Shown here: positions 41,101 through 50,338 of the stretch, piece after piece | Layout: every line of letters begins with the position of its first letter | Position numbering within the stretch: the stretch's first letter is position 1 | NCBI GenBank assembly: GCA_031800675.1 | Contig: DAPKRU010000144.1 | Coordinates: 15,101-79,100 of the forward strand | Reading direction: 5' to 3' | Length of the DNA stretch: 64,000 nucleotides | Origin: Polyangiaceae bacterium LLY-WYZ-15_(1-7) | GTDB lineage: Bacteria; Myxococcota_A; Polyangia; Polyangiales; Houyiibacteriaceae | Program-made: the position numbers and the translations under genes | Notes under the pieces: model-generated | The model's database searches: none | Told to the model about the DNA's origin: nothing | Seen by the model: only the letters and a program-made list of their open reading frames with translations

Positions 41101-42777
41101 TCAGCGGGTCGCCGTGCCCGTCGGCAGGACGTAGCGCACGACGGTGCCGCTGAGCAGATCGTGCATGGCGCGCTTCTGCTTCTGGAAGCCGGCCACGGCG
41201 AGGCCCGCGCCGTACATCAGGCTGAGCACGCCGTTGCTCACGGCGAGGGCGACGATCACGTGCTGCACGCGCCCCATCTCCCCGAGCCGGAGCTGCTCGA
41301 TGGTCGTCGTCAGCCCGACGAAGCCCTGCGTCACGAGGATCATCACGGCGAGCGCCACGGGCATCCAGAGCGAGAGCAAGGTCCGCAGCACGGCCTTCTT
41401 CCAGCCGAGGGGCTTGCCGTCGAGCTGCCGCACGCGGACGTGGAGCAGCTTCTTCCCGAGCGTCTGCCCGAAGAGCGCGTGCCCGACGGTGACATGCGCG
41501 AGGTGCAGCACGAGGCCCACCCAGCCGACGAGCGCGATGAGGATGCCGGCCACGATGGTGTCGATGAGGGAGGCCGCCGCGCGGATCCAGAAGCCGGCGT
41601 AGGGGGCGCGCGCCGGGTCGGCCGCGGAGAGCGCCTCGAGGAGCGCGTCGTAGTCCTCGAAGCGGTCCTTCGGGTCCTTCTCGAGGAGCTTGTGCAGGAT
41701 CGCCCGGAGCGCGGGCGGCACCTCGGGCGCGGCCTCGGCGAGCGGCGGCACGGGCTTGCTCAGGTGGCGGCTGATCACCTTGAGCGGCGTGTCGCCGTCG
41801 AAGGGCGGGTGGCCGGCGAGCAGGTGATAGAAGGTCGCGCCGAGCGAGTACATGTCGGCGCGGTGGTCGACGGGGTCGCCGCTGGCCTGCTCCGGCGACA
41901 TGTAGAGGGGGCTCCCGACGAAGGCGCCCTCCTGGGTGATCGAGACGTCGCCCTCCATGGGCTTGGCGAGGCCGAAGTCGGCGATCTTGATGCGGCCCTC
42001 GCGGTCGCGCATGAGGTTCGAGGGCTTGATGTCGCGGTGGATGATGCCGACCTTCCGCGCCGCCTTCAGGCCGCGGGCCACCTGGAGCATGGCGATGCGC
42101 GCGGCCTCCGGGCTCATGCGCTCGCCGGCGTCGAGGATGGCCTCGAGGCTCTCGCCGCCGACGCGCTCCATGGCGAAGTAGAGGGGCGCGCTCTCGTCGG
42201 CCGGGGCCCCCTCGGGGCGGGCGCGGCCGATGTAGTAGATCTGCACGATGTTGGCGTGCGGGACCTTCGCCTGGGCGCGCGCCTCGCGCATGAGGCGCTC
42301 CTCGTAGCCGGGCTGGGTGAGCGCGCCGCGGAGCATCTTCAGGGCGACGGGGCGGTCGAGGGAGACGTCGTGGGCGGCGTAGACGGCGCCCATGCCGCCC
42401 TCGCCGAGGAGCGACTCGATGCGGTAGTGGTCGATCTTCGCGCCGAGGTAGCGGTCGGCGTCGCTGGCGGCCGGGCTCGGGCGCGCGCCGGGGGAGGAGC
42501 CGACGCCGGAGGCGGAGTCGCCGATGACCGTGTCGGCGAGGGCGACGGGGCCGGTGCTCTCGAGGCGGGGCGGGGCGGTCGAGTCGCCGACGACGGTCTC
42601 GGCGAGCGCGACGGAGGAGGAGACGGGCCGAGACGCGCTGGTGCTCGATGCGCTGGCCCCCGGCGCGGTGCCCGGGGAGGAATCGCCGGAGGCGGGCGTA
42701 CGGATCTCCCCGGAGGAGTCCCCGATCACCGTGTCGGCCAGCGCCACCCGCTGGCTCTCGTCCCGACGCTTCACCAC
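41101..42777 (-). CDS. Ser/Thr kinase with C-terminal RDD membrane domain
   Basis: LGEGGMG, VALK, HRDIKPSN, DFG, GSPLYMSPE; RDD signature YAGFWIRAAASLID..GQTLGKKLL..HDLLSGTVV. Confidence 0.93.
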   Translation of the reverse strand: MVKRRDESQRVALADTVIGDSSGEIRTPASGDSSPGTAPGASASSTSASRPVSSSVALAETVVGDSTAPPRLESTGPVALADTVIGDSASGVGSSPGARPSPAASDADRYLGAKIDHYRIESLLGEGGMGAVYAAHDVSLDRPVALKMLRGALTQPGYEERLMREARAQAKVPHANIVQIYYIGRARPEGAPADESAPLYFAMERVGGESLEAILDAGERMSPEAARIAMLQVARGLKAARKVGIIHRDIKPSNLMRDREGRIKIADFGLAKPMEGDVSITQEGAFVGSPLYMSPEQASGDPVDHRADMYSLGATFYHLLAGHPPFDGDTPLKVISRHLSKPVPPLAEAAPEVPPALRAILHKLLEKDPKDRFEDYDALLEALSAADPARAPYAGFWIRAAASLIDTIVAGILIALVGWVGLVLHLAHVTVGHALFGQTLGKKLLHVRVRQLDGKPLGWKKAVLRTLLSLWMPVALAVMILVTQGFVGLTTTIEQLRLGEMGRVQHVIVALAVSNGVLSLMYGAGLAVAGFQKQKRAMHDLLSGTVVRYVLPTGTATR

Positions 42778-42882
42778 CCCCTAGACTACCAGCGGCCGCG
42801 TTCATTCTCCCTCTCCGTCGGATCGTCGCTCCGCGTCCGGGTCCTCCGGGCGGCCGGCCGCCGCTGGTATCCTCTCTCCCGC

Positions 42883-44667
42883 ATGGATCGCCGCTCCCTC
42901 GCCGCGGGCGCCCTCGCCCTCCTCCTCGCCTGCGGGGGTGACGAGCCGCCTCCGCCTCCGCCGCCTCCCCCACCGCCGCCGGACGTCGAGGCGGTGCTCG
43001 CGCGGCACCGGGTCGAGTGGGACGAGGCCGAGCGGGCCCAGGCGCTCGAGGAGGGGCGCGCGGCGCTCGTGCGGCAGGAGTGCAACCGCTGCCACGCCAT
43101 CGACGACGTCGAGCCGGCGGGGCGCGCCGATCACTGCACGAGCTGCCACAACTGGCTCGACGGGCTCGAGCCGGGGCATCGGCACTACGAGATGCTCAGC
43201 GAGCGCTATGGCGAAGACACGCTGCTCCGCTATCAGCGCAACATCGTCCACTACAAGGAGGTGCCGGACCTCACGGCGGTGGCGCGGCGCCTCGACCCGG
43301 CGTGGATCGCCGAGTTCATCGCCGAGCCCTACGACCTCCGCCCGGCCATGGAGGAGACCATGGTGCGCACGTACCTGCCGGACGCGGACCGGCGGGCCAT
43401 CGTGCGCTACTTCGCGGCGGTGGCCGAGGTCGCCGATCCCTTCGAGGAGGGCGAGGAGCGCGAGGGCGAAGACGCCGAAGCGGAGGCGCCGAGCGCCGAA
43501 CGGATCGCGGCGGGCCGCGAGCTCTTCCTCACGCGGGGCTGCACGGCCTGCCACACCTTCGGCAACCTCGAGACGAACGTCAGCGCCGAGCAGCTCGCCG
43601 ACGCGGGGGTGCCGGCGAAGCTCGCGCCCAACCTGCGCTTCGCCCGCGAGCGCATGCACCGCGACGTGCTCGTCGCGTGGATCGAGGACCCGCAGGCGCT
43701 CCGCGAGGGGACGCTGATGCCGGACCTGCAGCTCACGCACGAGGAGGCCGAGCGGGTCGCGGACTTCCTGCTCCACGCGGAGGCGCCGCTCGCCGCCACG
43801 CCCGCGCCCCCCGCGCTCGAGGCGCCGGCCCCGCTCGAGCGGCCGGTCGGCTGGGCCGAGGTGAAGGAGCGCGTGCTCGGGCGCATCTGCGTGCACTGCC
43901 ACATGAACGAGCACGAACGCGACCTCGGGCCGGGCAACGAGGGGGGCTTCGGCTGGCCGGGGTCGCGGCTGGCGATGCGCACCTACGAGACGCTCGTCTG
44001 GGGCGCCGTGGATGGCGAGACGGGGGAGCGCTACTCGGTGCTCGAGCCGCGGGAGGGGGCGCGCTTCGCGCCGCTCGTGGAGGCGATGCTGCGGCGGCGG
44101 CCGGAGGAGGTGCGCGATCGGGTGGCGGCCTTCCACGACCACGCGCGGCCGCCCTACCCGGACGCGGCGCCGGGGATGCCGATGGGGCTGCCGTCGATCC
44201 CGGAGGAGGAGATCGCGCTGGTGCGGGCGTGGATCGCGCAGGGCTGCCCCGGGCCGACGGAGGTGACGGGCATGGGCGGCATCACGGACGGGTTCCTGGT
44301 GCCGGACGGGCCCATCGCGAAGAACGAGGGCTGCGAGCTGCGGGCGCCGGCGGAGGAGCGGCCGGCGTGGGCGACGCAGGAGCCTCCGGAGTGGATGCGC
44401 GACGAGGGCGGCGGGGACGGCGATGAGGATGACGACGGCGACGGCGACGACGCGCAGGACGAGAGCGATGACGCGCAGGACGAGAGCGAGGACGGCGACG
44501 ACGCGGCGGGCGCGAGCATGGGCGCCAGCCGCTCCGCCGCCTCGCCGATGAACGCGGCGGGCGGGAGCGCGTCCATGACGACGACGCGGATGGCCGGCGT
44601 CCGGCGCGGCGCCGCGGGCATGCGCGCCGAGGGGACCGGGGCCGGCTCGGCGGCGACCGGGGAATGA
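42883..44667 (+). CDS. Tetraheme c-type cytochrome lipoprotein
   Basis: Lipobox LLA-C, poly-Pro linker, four CxxCH motifs (CNRCH, CTSCH, CTACH, CVHCH), acidic low-complexity tail. Confidence 0.9.
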   Translation: MDRRSLAAGALALLLACGGDEPPPPPPPPPPPPDVEAVLARHRVEWDEAERAQALEEGRAALVRQECNRCHAIDDVEPAGRADHCTSCHNWLDGLEPGHRHYEMLSERYGEDTLLRYQRNIVHYKEVPDLTAVARRLDPAWIAEFIAEPYDLRPAMEETMVRTYLPDADRRAIVRYFAAVAEVADPFEEGEEREGEDAEAEAPSAERIAAGRELFLTRGCTACHTFGNLETNVSAEQLADAGVPAKLAPNLRFARERMHRDVLVAWIEDPQALREGTLMPDLQLTHEEAERVADFLLHAEAPLAATPAPPALEAPAPLERPVGWAEVKERVLGRICVHCHMNEHERDLGPGNEGGFGWPGSRLAMRTYETLVWGAVDGETGERYSVLEPREGARFAPLVEAMLRRRPEEVRDRVAAFHDHARPPYPDAAPGMPMGLPSIPEEEIALVRAWIAQGCPGPTEVTGMGGITDGFLVPDGPIAKNEGCELRAPAEERPAWATQEPPEWMRDEGGGDGDEDDDGDGDDAQDESDDAQDESEDGDDAAGASMGASRSAASPMNAAGGSASMTTTRMAGVRRGAAGMRAEGTGAGSAATGE

Positions 44668-44700
44668 CGGGCGGCGCGACCCCGAGAGACGGCCGCCCCG

Positions 44701-45058
44701 GAGGTCTCGTCGGACCCATCGTCCACGTCCACGTGCACGTGCACGATTCGCCTGAAGCAACTCGACCTCCGTCAGATCCGCTCTCCGCAGGTCCACGTTT
44801 CGCACGCCCAGCACTCACGAGATCGACTAGAGGGGCGGAGGAGGGGCGTGCTCTTCGCCTCGGGGGTCTCGTCGGACCCATCGTCCACGTCCACGTGCAC
44901 GTGCACGATTCGTGTGAAGCAACTCGACCTTGGTCCGAATCGCTCTCCGCAGGTCCACGTTTCGCACGCCCAGCGCTCACGAGATCGACTAGAGGGGCGG
45001 AGGGGAGGCGCGCTCTCCGCCTCGGGGGTCTCGTCGGACCCATCGTGCACGTGCACGA
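44701..45058. repeat. 162-bp direct tandem repeat, about 2.2 copies
   Basis: gtcggacccatcg recurs at 44709, 44871 and 45033 (period 162); units are near-identical and contain cacgtgcacgtg and ctcacgagatcgactagaggggcggagg. Confidence 0.92.
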
Positions 45059-45115
45059 GGGTGCCTCGCGGCCGCGGGGGCCCGGGCGGCCGGGCGTGAT
45101 GCGCGGCGGGGTCCG

Positions 45116-48100
45116 TTGAGCGGGCGGGGGCGAGCGCTCCGGCGATGGCTGGCGATCCCCGACGGCCAAGGGGGCCGCGCGGCGCGCCTGCTCGCGATGA
45201 TCTTCGCGCTCAGCCTCGCCCTCGCCCTCCTCAAGGCGGCCCAGAGCGGCCTCTTCCTCGAGGCCTACGACCGCTCCGCCATCCCCTGGGCCTTCGCCCT
45301 CAGCGCCGTCACGCTCGCCTCCGTGAGCTCGCTCTGCGTGAGCCTCACGCCGCGCCTCGGCCCGGGCCGTCTCGCCCTCGCCTCCCTCGCCCTCACCATC
45401 GCCGCGCTCGTCGGCCTCCGGCTCGCCCTCGTCCTCCCCGCGCCGGCGATCCGCTTCGCCACCTACGTCGTCATCGAAGCGGCCTCCGGCGTGCTCGTGA
45501 TCCAGGTCTGGTCCACCGCCGCCGTCGCCTGCGACGCCCGGAGCGCCCGCCGCCTCCTCCCCGTCGCCGGCCTCGGCGCCGGCGCCGCCTGGACCCTCGG
45601 CGGCTTCCTCGTCCCGCCCCTCGCCCGCGCGCTCGGCGCCGAGGCCCTCCTCGTCGCCGCGCCCGTCGTGCTCCTCGGCACGCTGCTGCTCGTCCGCGAG
45701 GTGGTGCGTCGCGACTTCGAGCCCGGCGCCCGCCGCGGCCGCCGCCAGTCCCTCGTCGCCGCCTGGCGCGACGGCTTCGCCTTCGTCCGCCGCGAGCCCC
45801 TCATGCGCCTCGTCGCCGGCCTGGCCGTGCTCGCCCTGCTCACCGAGCAGTTCATGGACTTCGCGCTCATGGCGACCGCCCGCGAGACCCTCGAAGGCGC
45901 CGAGGCCATCAGCGCCTTCTACGGCCGTTACTACGGCGCCACGAGCGCCCTCGGCATGCTGCTGCTCGCCGGCGTGAGCGGCCGGCTCCTCGGCGCCCTC
46001 GGCGCGGCCCGCTCGCTCCTCGTGATGCCCCTCGCGGTCGCCGCGGCCGCGACCCTCGCGCTCGTCACGCCGAGCCTGATCACCGTCGTCGTCATGCGCG
46101 GCGTCGGCCGCGTGCTGAAGCAGGCGGTCTGGTCCTCGTCGGCGGATCAGCTCCAGACGCCGCTCTCGAGCGTGCGCCGCTCCCAGGCCAAGGCCGCCAT
46201 CCGTGGGGTCCTCGCGCCGGGCTTCTACGCCGTGAGCGCCGTCGGCCTCGGCTGCGTCCCCTCGAGCTTCGACACGCGCTGGCTCGCGGCCTTCGTCCTC
46301 GCCTCGAGCGCGGCCATGGCGCTCCTCGCGCTCACGCGGGCCCGCCGCGTCTACCACCGCGCGCTCCACAAGGCCATCGACGCGCGGCGCGTGCTCCTCG
46401 GGCCGGGGCGCGCGCCGAAGGCCGCCGACCTCGACGCCGACGCCTGCCGCGCGCTGGCCGAGGAGCTCGAGGATCGGGACCCCGCGCGCGCCGCCGCCGC
46501 CGCCGAGGTGCTCGGGCTCTCCGACGCGAAGCAGGCGGCCGAGGTGCTCGCCGGGGGCCTCGCGCACGAGGACGCCTCCGTGCGCCTCGCCGCGCTCCGG
46601 GGGCTCGCCCGCCACGCGCCCGCGGACCTCGGCCGCCGCCTCGCCGGGCGGCTCGCCGCGGAGGAGGACGCGACGGTCCGCCGCGCGATCGTGGAGGTGC
46701 TCCGCGGCCTGCCCGAGCTCGACCCGCAGGCGGCGGCGGCGCTGGAGGTCGGGGAGGCGGACGCGGACCCGGCCTTCGCGCGCGCGTGCAAGGTCGCGGG
46801 GCTCGAGCGCGCCCACGCGGGCGAGGCGCTCGGCGAGGCGCTCCTGCCGATGCTCGCCGAGCGGGCGAGCCTGGCGGACGCGCTCGGTGCGCTGACCGGG
46901 GAGGCGACCCGGGCGCGTGGGGTGCAGACGCAGCTCGCCTGGTGGCTCGAGAAGGGCGACCCGGAGGCGCAGCTCGCGGTGGCGGCGACCGTCGTGCGCC
47001 TTCGCCTGCTCGCGCTGCTTCCGGACGTGGTGCGGCTGCTCAAGGACCCGCGCACGGCGCCGACGGCTGCGCGGCACCTCGTCGCGCTGGACGAGCAGGG
47101 GCTGGACGACACGCCCGAGGTCGGCGAGCGCACCCTGGGCGCCAGCCTCAGCCGCCTGGCGAGCCGGGTCGCGCGGGCGCCGAGCGGGCCGGTCACGGAG
47201 GCGCTCGTGCTTCGGCTCCTGCAGCACCCGGACGACGTGATCCGGCGCCGCGCGGCCGAGGCGCTCGGGGCGAGCGTGCGCGCGGGGCGGAGGCCGCCGC
47301 TCGGGCCCGAGGTGGTGGAGCCGCTGCTGCTCCGCGACGCCGAGCGGGCCTACCGGCTCTACTCGATCCTCGCCGGCCTCGCGCACGACGACGGCGTGCC
47401 CGACTGGGAGGTGGAGGAGGACTTCGCCTTCCTGGCGCACGAGGTGGACCTGCACATCGAGCGGGCGCGCCGGGACGTGCTGGCGCTGCTGCTGCTGATG
47501 GGGCGGCAGCGGCTCGTGGATGCCGTGGAGGTGGGGCGGCGGCGGCGCTCGAGCGCGCGCGACGCGCAGGTGACGGAGCTGCTCGAGCTCGGCCTGGAGC
47601 GGGAGCTGGCGCGGCGGGTCGTGCCTCTCTTCGAGCGGCTCTCACTGCGGGAGCGCGTGGAGGCCGCCGAGCGGCTCGAGCTGCTCGATCGGGAGGCGCT
47701 GGCCGACCCGCTGGACGCGATCGTGGCGCTCGGCGATGCTCACCTCCGCCGCTGCGCCCTGCTCACCTATGGAGAGCGCTTCGAAGCACGCTTCCCGGCT
47801 GCTTCGCGCGTGGGGGGTGCGGCGGGCGACGCCGAGATGGTCCCCGTCTACGAACGCATGCGCTTTCTGCGGAGCGTGCCCCTCTTCCGCGACCTGAGCG
47901 GCGACGACGTGCTGCAGCTCGCGGAGAAGGTCGAGCAGGTGGAGCCGCGGGCGGGGGACACGGTCTTCGCGAAGGGGGATCCGGGCGAGGACCTCTACCT
48001 GGTCGTGCGGGGGCGCGTGGCGATGGTGGACGGCGACGTGGAGCTCGCGAGCATGGGGGAGCGCGAGTTCTTCGGGGAGCTGGCGCTGCTCGACCACCAG

Positions 48101-48262
48101 CCGCGGAGCGCGGACGCGGTGTGTCGGGAGGACTGCACGCTGCTGCGGCTGCGCGGCGCGGATCTCGAGGAGCTGATGGCGCGGCGTCCGGGGGCGACGC
48201 GGGAGATCGTGCGGGTGCTCGCCCACCGGCTGCGCGAGACCGGCCGGCGCATCGCGGAGTGA
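45116..48262 (+). CDS. MFS/Npt-like transporter fused to HEAT repeats and a cyclic-nucleotide-binding domain
   Basis: About 12 TM in the N-terminal third; HEAT-like units (LAHEDASVRLAALRGL, LQHPDDVIRRRAAEALG); cNMP domain FFGELALLDHQPRSADA. The start is uncertain (TTG). Confidence 0.85.
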   Translation: MSGRGRALRRWLAIPDGQGGRAARLLAMIFALSLALALLKAAQSGLFLEAYDRSAIPWAFALSAVTLASVSSLCVSLTPRLGPGRLALASLALTIAALVGLRLALVLPAPAIRFATYVVIEAASGVLVIQVWSTAAVACDARSARRLLPVAGLGAGAAWTLGGFLVPPLARALGAEALLVAAPVVLLGTLLLVREVVRRDFEPGARRGRRQSLVAAWRDGFAFVRREPLMRLVAGLAVLALLTEQFMDFALMATARETLEGAEAISAFYGRYYGATSALGMLLLAGVSGRLLGALGAARSLLVMPLAVAAAATLALVTPSLITVVVMRGVGRVLKQAVWSSSADQLQTPLSSVRRSQAKAAIRGVLAPGFYAVSAVGLGCVPSSFDTRWLAAFVLASSAAMALLALTRARRVYHRALHKAIDARRVLLGPGRAPKAADLDADACRALAEELEDRDPARAAAAAEVLGLSDAKQAAEVLAGGLAHEDASVRLAALRGLARHAPADLGRRLAGRLAAEEDATVRRAIVEVLRGLPELDPQAAAALEVGEADADPAFARACKVAGLERAHAGEALGEALLPMLAERASLADALGALTGEATRARGVQTQLAWWLEKGDPEAQLAVAATVVRLRLLALLPDVVRLLKDPRTAPTAARHLVALDEQGLDDTPEVGERTLGASLSRLASRVARAPSGPVTEALVLRLLQHPDDVIRRRAAEALGASVRAGRRPPLGPEVVEPLLLRDAERAYRLYSILAGLAHDDGVPDWEVEEDFAFLAHEVDLHIERARRDVLALLLLMGRQRLVDAVEVGRRRRSSARDAQVTELLELGLERELARRVVPLFERLSLRERVEAAERLELLDREALADPLDAIVALGDAHLRRCALLTYGERFEARFPAASRVGGAAGDAEMVPVYERMRFLRSVPLFRDLSGDDVLQLAEKVEQVEPRAGDTVFAKGDPGEDLYLVVRGRVAMVDGDVELASMGEREFFGELALLDHQPRSADAVCREDCTLLRLRGADLEELMARRPGATREIVRVLAHRLRETGRRIAE

Positions 48263-48546
48263 GACCCCTGCTCGTGCCTCTGCCCACGGGCTGGAGCGCG
48301 CGACGATTCCGAGGCTCGGCGCCGTGGGTCGCTCGTCACGCCATCACGCCGCCGTGGTCGAGAAAACGAGGGCGCTCGCCGATCAAATGGGGCGAACCGG
48401 CCCGCCGGGCGAGCGGGGTCCGCCGAGCGAGCAGGGTCCGCCTCCGAGCAGGACACCGAGATGGGCGAGCAGGCCCCCGGGCGGACGAGGTCCATCCCCC
48501 GAGCGCGCCTCCCGAACGCGCGGCCGCGCTCCCGCGCCTCGAGCGC

Positions 48547-49341
48547 TCAGCGGTTGCCCGACACCTCGAGGCGCCAGGGGCCGTCGCAGGGCCCGGCCGC
48601 GTGGCGCACGAGCACCGAGAGGATGCGCCCGTCCCCGTCGCTCGCGAAGAGCCCGTTGGTGACGTCCGGCCAGCTCAGCTCGATCCGGTCGACCTCGCCG
48701 ACGGGCCGCGCGCTGCTCGTCTCGTTGGCCACGCACTCGCGGACCATCGGCGTCATGCTGGCGGCGGCGCGGAAGACCACGAGGTCGTAGTCGGTCTCGC
48801 CGAGAGAGTGGAGGGTCAGCGTGGCGCGGATCGTCGAGTCGGCGTTCCAGGTGCTGCCCGTGTCGCGCACGGTGACCGCGAGCCACTCGGCGCCGCTCCC
48901 GCTGGCCTCGAGGGCGGTCGCGCCCTCGTCCCCGGTGACCGCGCCGACGTCCCGCGCCCCCGCGCAGGTCGTGGCGGACGTGCAGCCCGGGCCTGCGTCC
49001 ACGCTCGGCGCGCCCGCGTCCATCGCGCCGCCCGCGTCGGGCGATGCGCCCGCGTCAGGGGTGGCGCCCGCGTCCTCGCTCGGCGCGCCCGCATCCGGCG
49101 CTCCACTCGCGTCGGGGATCGCGGCGTCGAGGATGGCCGCGTCCGGGGAGCCGAGGCTGCCATCGAGCCCGGTCGGCCCCGCGTCCGGTCGCGCGCCGAC
49201 GCCTCCGTCCACGGCCGGCCCCACCGGGCTCGCGTCGCGACCCGCCCCGCCAGCGTCCACCAGCGTCGGGCGGCTCGCCCCCTCGGCGCACCCGCCGAGC
49301 GCGCACACCACCGTCATCAGCCCCACGAGCCCACAGCGCAT
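48547..49341 (-). CDS. Hypothetical lipoprotein with DAG linker and PPC-like beta domain
   Basis: MRCGLVGLMTVVCALGG-C; DAG repeats; CAGARDVGAVTGD..DYDLVVF..WRLEVSG. Confidence 0.75.
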   Translation of the reverse strand: MRCGLVGLMTVVCALGGCAEGASRPTLVDAGGAGRDASPVGPAVDGGVGARPDAGPTGLDGSLGSPDAAILDAAIPDASGAPDAGAPSEDAGATPDAGASPDAGGAMDAGAPSVDAGPGCTSATTCAGARDVGAVTGDEGATALEASGSGAEWLAVTVRDTGSTWNADSTIRATLTLHSLGETDYDLVVFRAAASMTPMVRECVANETSSARPVGEVDRIELSWPDVTNGLFASDGDGRILSVLVRHAAGPCDGPWRLEVSGNR

Positions 49342-49466
49342 ACCGACCCCCTCCAGCGAAAGCTGACCGACCGGCGCCGAGCGAGCCTTGCGATTTCTCA
49401 CAATACCAATGTGAAAAGTACAACTTCTCACACATATGGAACTCCCGCTTCCATCCACGCCTCCCA

Positions 49467-49494
49467 AACTGAACTCGACGTCAAGTTCAATTTC
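49467..49494. promoter_or_regulatory. 28-bp near-palindrome, candidate transcription-factor operator
   Basis: aaactgaactcgacgtcaagttcaattt in an AT-rich patch between divergent genes. Confidence 0.45.
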
Positions 49495-49612
49495 TGGAGG
49501 GCGCGCCCTCCCCGGCGGCCCCGAGAGCCCACGCCCACCCCACGCAAGCGTCCGTCATCATGGCGCATTCCGCCATCTCGCGAGCCCCTCGCCGGGCGCC
49601 CCAGAAGCCCCT

Positions 49613-49779
49613 GGCGTCCGCAGGACGCATGGCGGTGCCCGCAGGACGCGTGGCGGCGTCCGCAGGACGCGTGGCGGTGCCCGTAGGACGCGTGGTGGCG
49701 TCCGCTGGACGCGCGTGGCGGCGTCCGCAGGACGCGTGGTGGCGTCCGCTGGACGCGTGGGGGGTCCACAGGACGCGGG
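49613..49779. repeat. About 8 x 21-bp palindromic tandem repeat (REP-like)
   Basis: Consensus ggcgtccgcaggacgcgtggc; most units can form a gcgtcc-gca-ggacgc hairpin; no spacers. Confidence 0.9.
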
Positions 49780-49826
49780 GCGGGGCGAAGGGAGACCCGA
49801 GGCCTCGGCGCCGTACGCTGCCCGTC

Positions 49827-50273
49827 ATGAGCATCGACGCCGACATCGCGGAGCTCCGCACGCCCTCCCTCGTCCGGGGCGCCGGTGCCCTCGTCTCCCT
49901 CGCGGGCATGCTCACCCTCCTCACGGGGCTGCAGGTCCTCCTGACCATGCGCTTCCGGAGCCCCGCCTTCGGCGCCGTCCCCTGGGCCGAGCTCGCCGGC
50001 GGCCTGGTGCTCCTCTATCTGGGCACGGCCGTCTACCGCGCGCGCTTCGGCGCGGCCCTGGCCACCCTCGGCCTCGGCGCGCTCTTCGGCATCGGCGGCT
50101 TCGTCTGGGCCTTCCTCCTCGTGGGGATGGGCCTCGTCTCGCTCGTCGCCTTCGCCGCCCCAGCCCTCCTCCTCTGCGCCTGCCTCGCGACCCTCGTGGG
50201 CCTCCGCGACCTCCGGCGCATCGACGCCGCCCGCCGCCGCCTCGCCGAGCAGGGCCTCGCCTTCGGCGTCTGA
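49827..50273 (+). CDS. Hypothetical 4-TM membrane protein
   Basis: Four hydrophobic segments; high GC3. Confidence 0.8.
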   Translation: MSIDADIAELRTPSLVRGAGALVSLAGMLTLLTGLQVLLTMRFRSPAFGAVPWAELAGGLVLLYLGTAVYRARFGAALATLGLGALFGIGGFVWAFLLVGMGLVSLVAFAAPALLLCACLATLVGLRDLRRIDAARRRLAEQGLAFGV

Positions 50274-50338
50274 AGACAGCCACGCGCTCGTCGCGCACGA
50301 GCGCCCTCGACGCCCGGACTGCGGAGTAGGCTGCCGGC

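Noticed and set aside
44701-45058. Possible CRISPR array
   Set aside because: Whole 162-bp units repeat with no unique spacers, and there are no cas genes.
49613-49779. Possible CRISPR array of palindromic repeats
   Set aside because: The 21-bp units are contiguous with no spacers.
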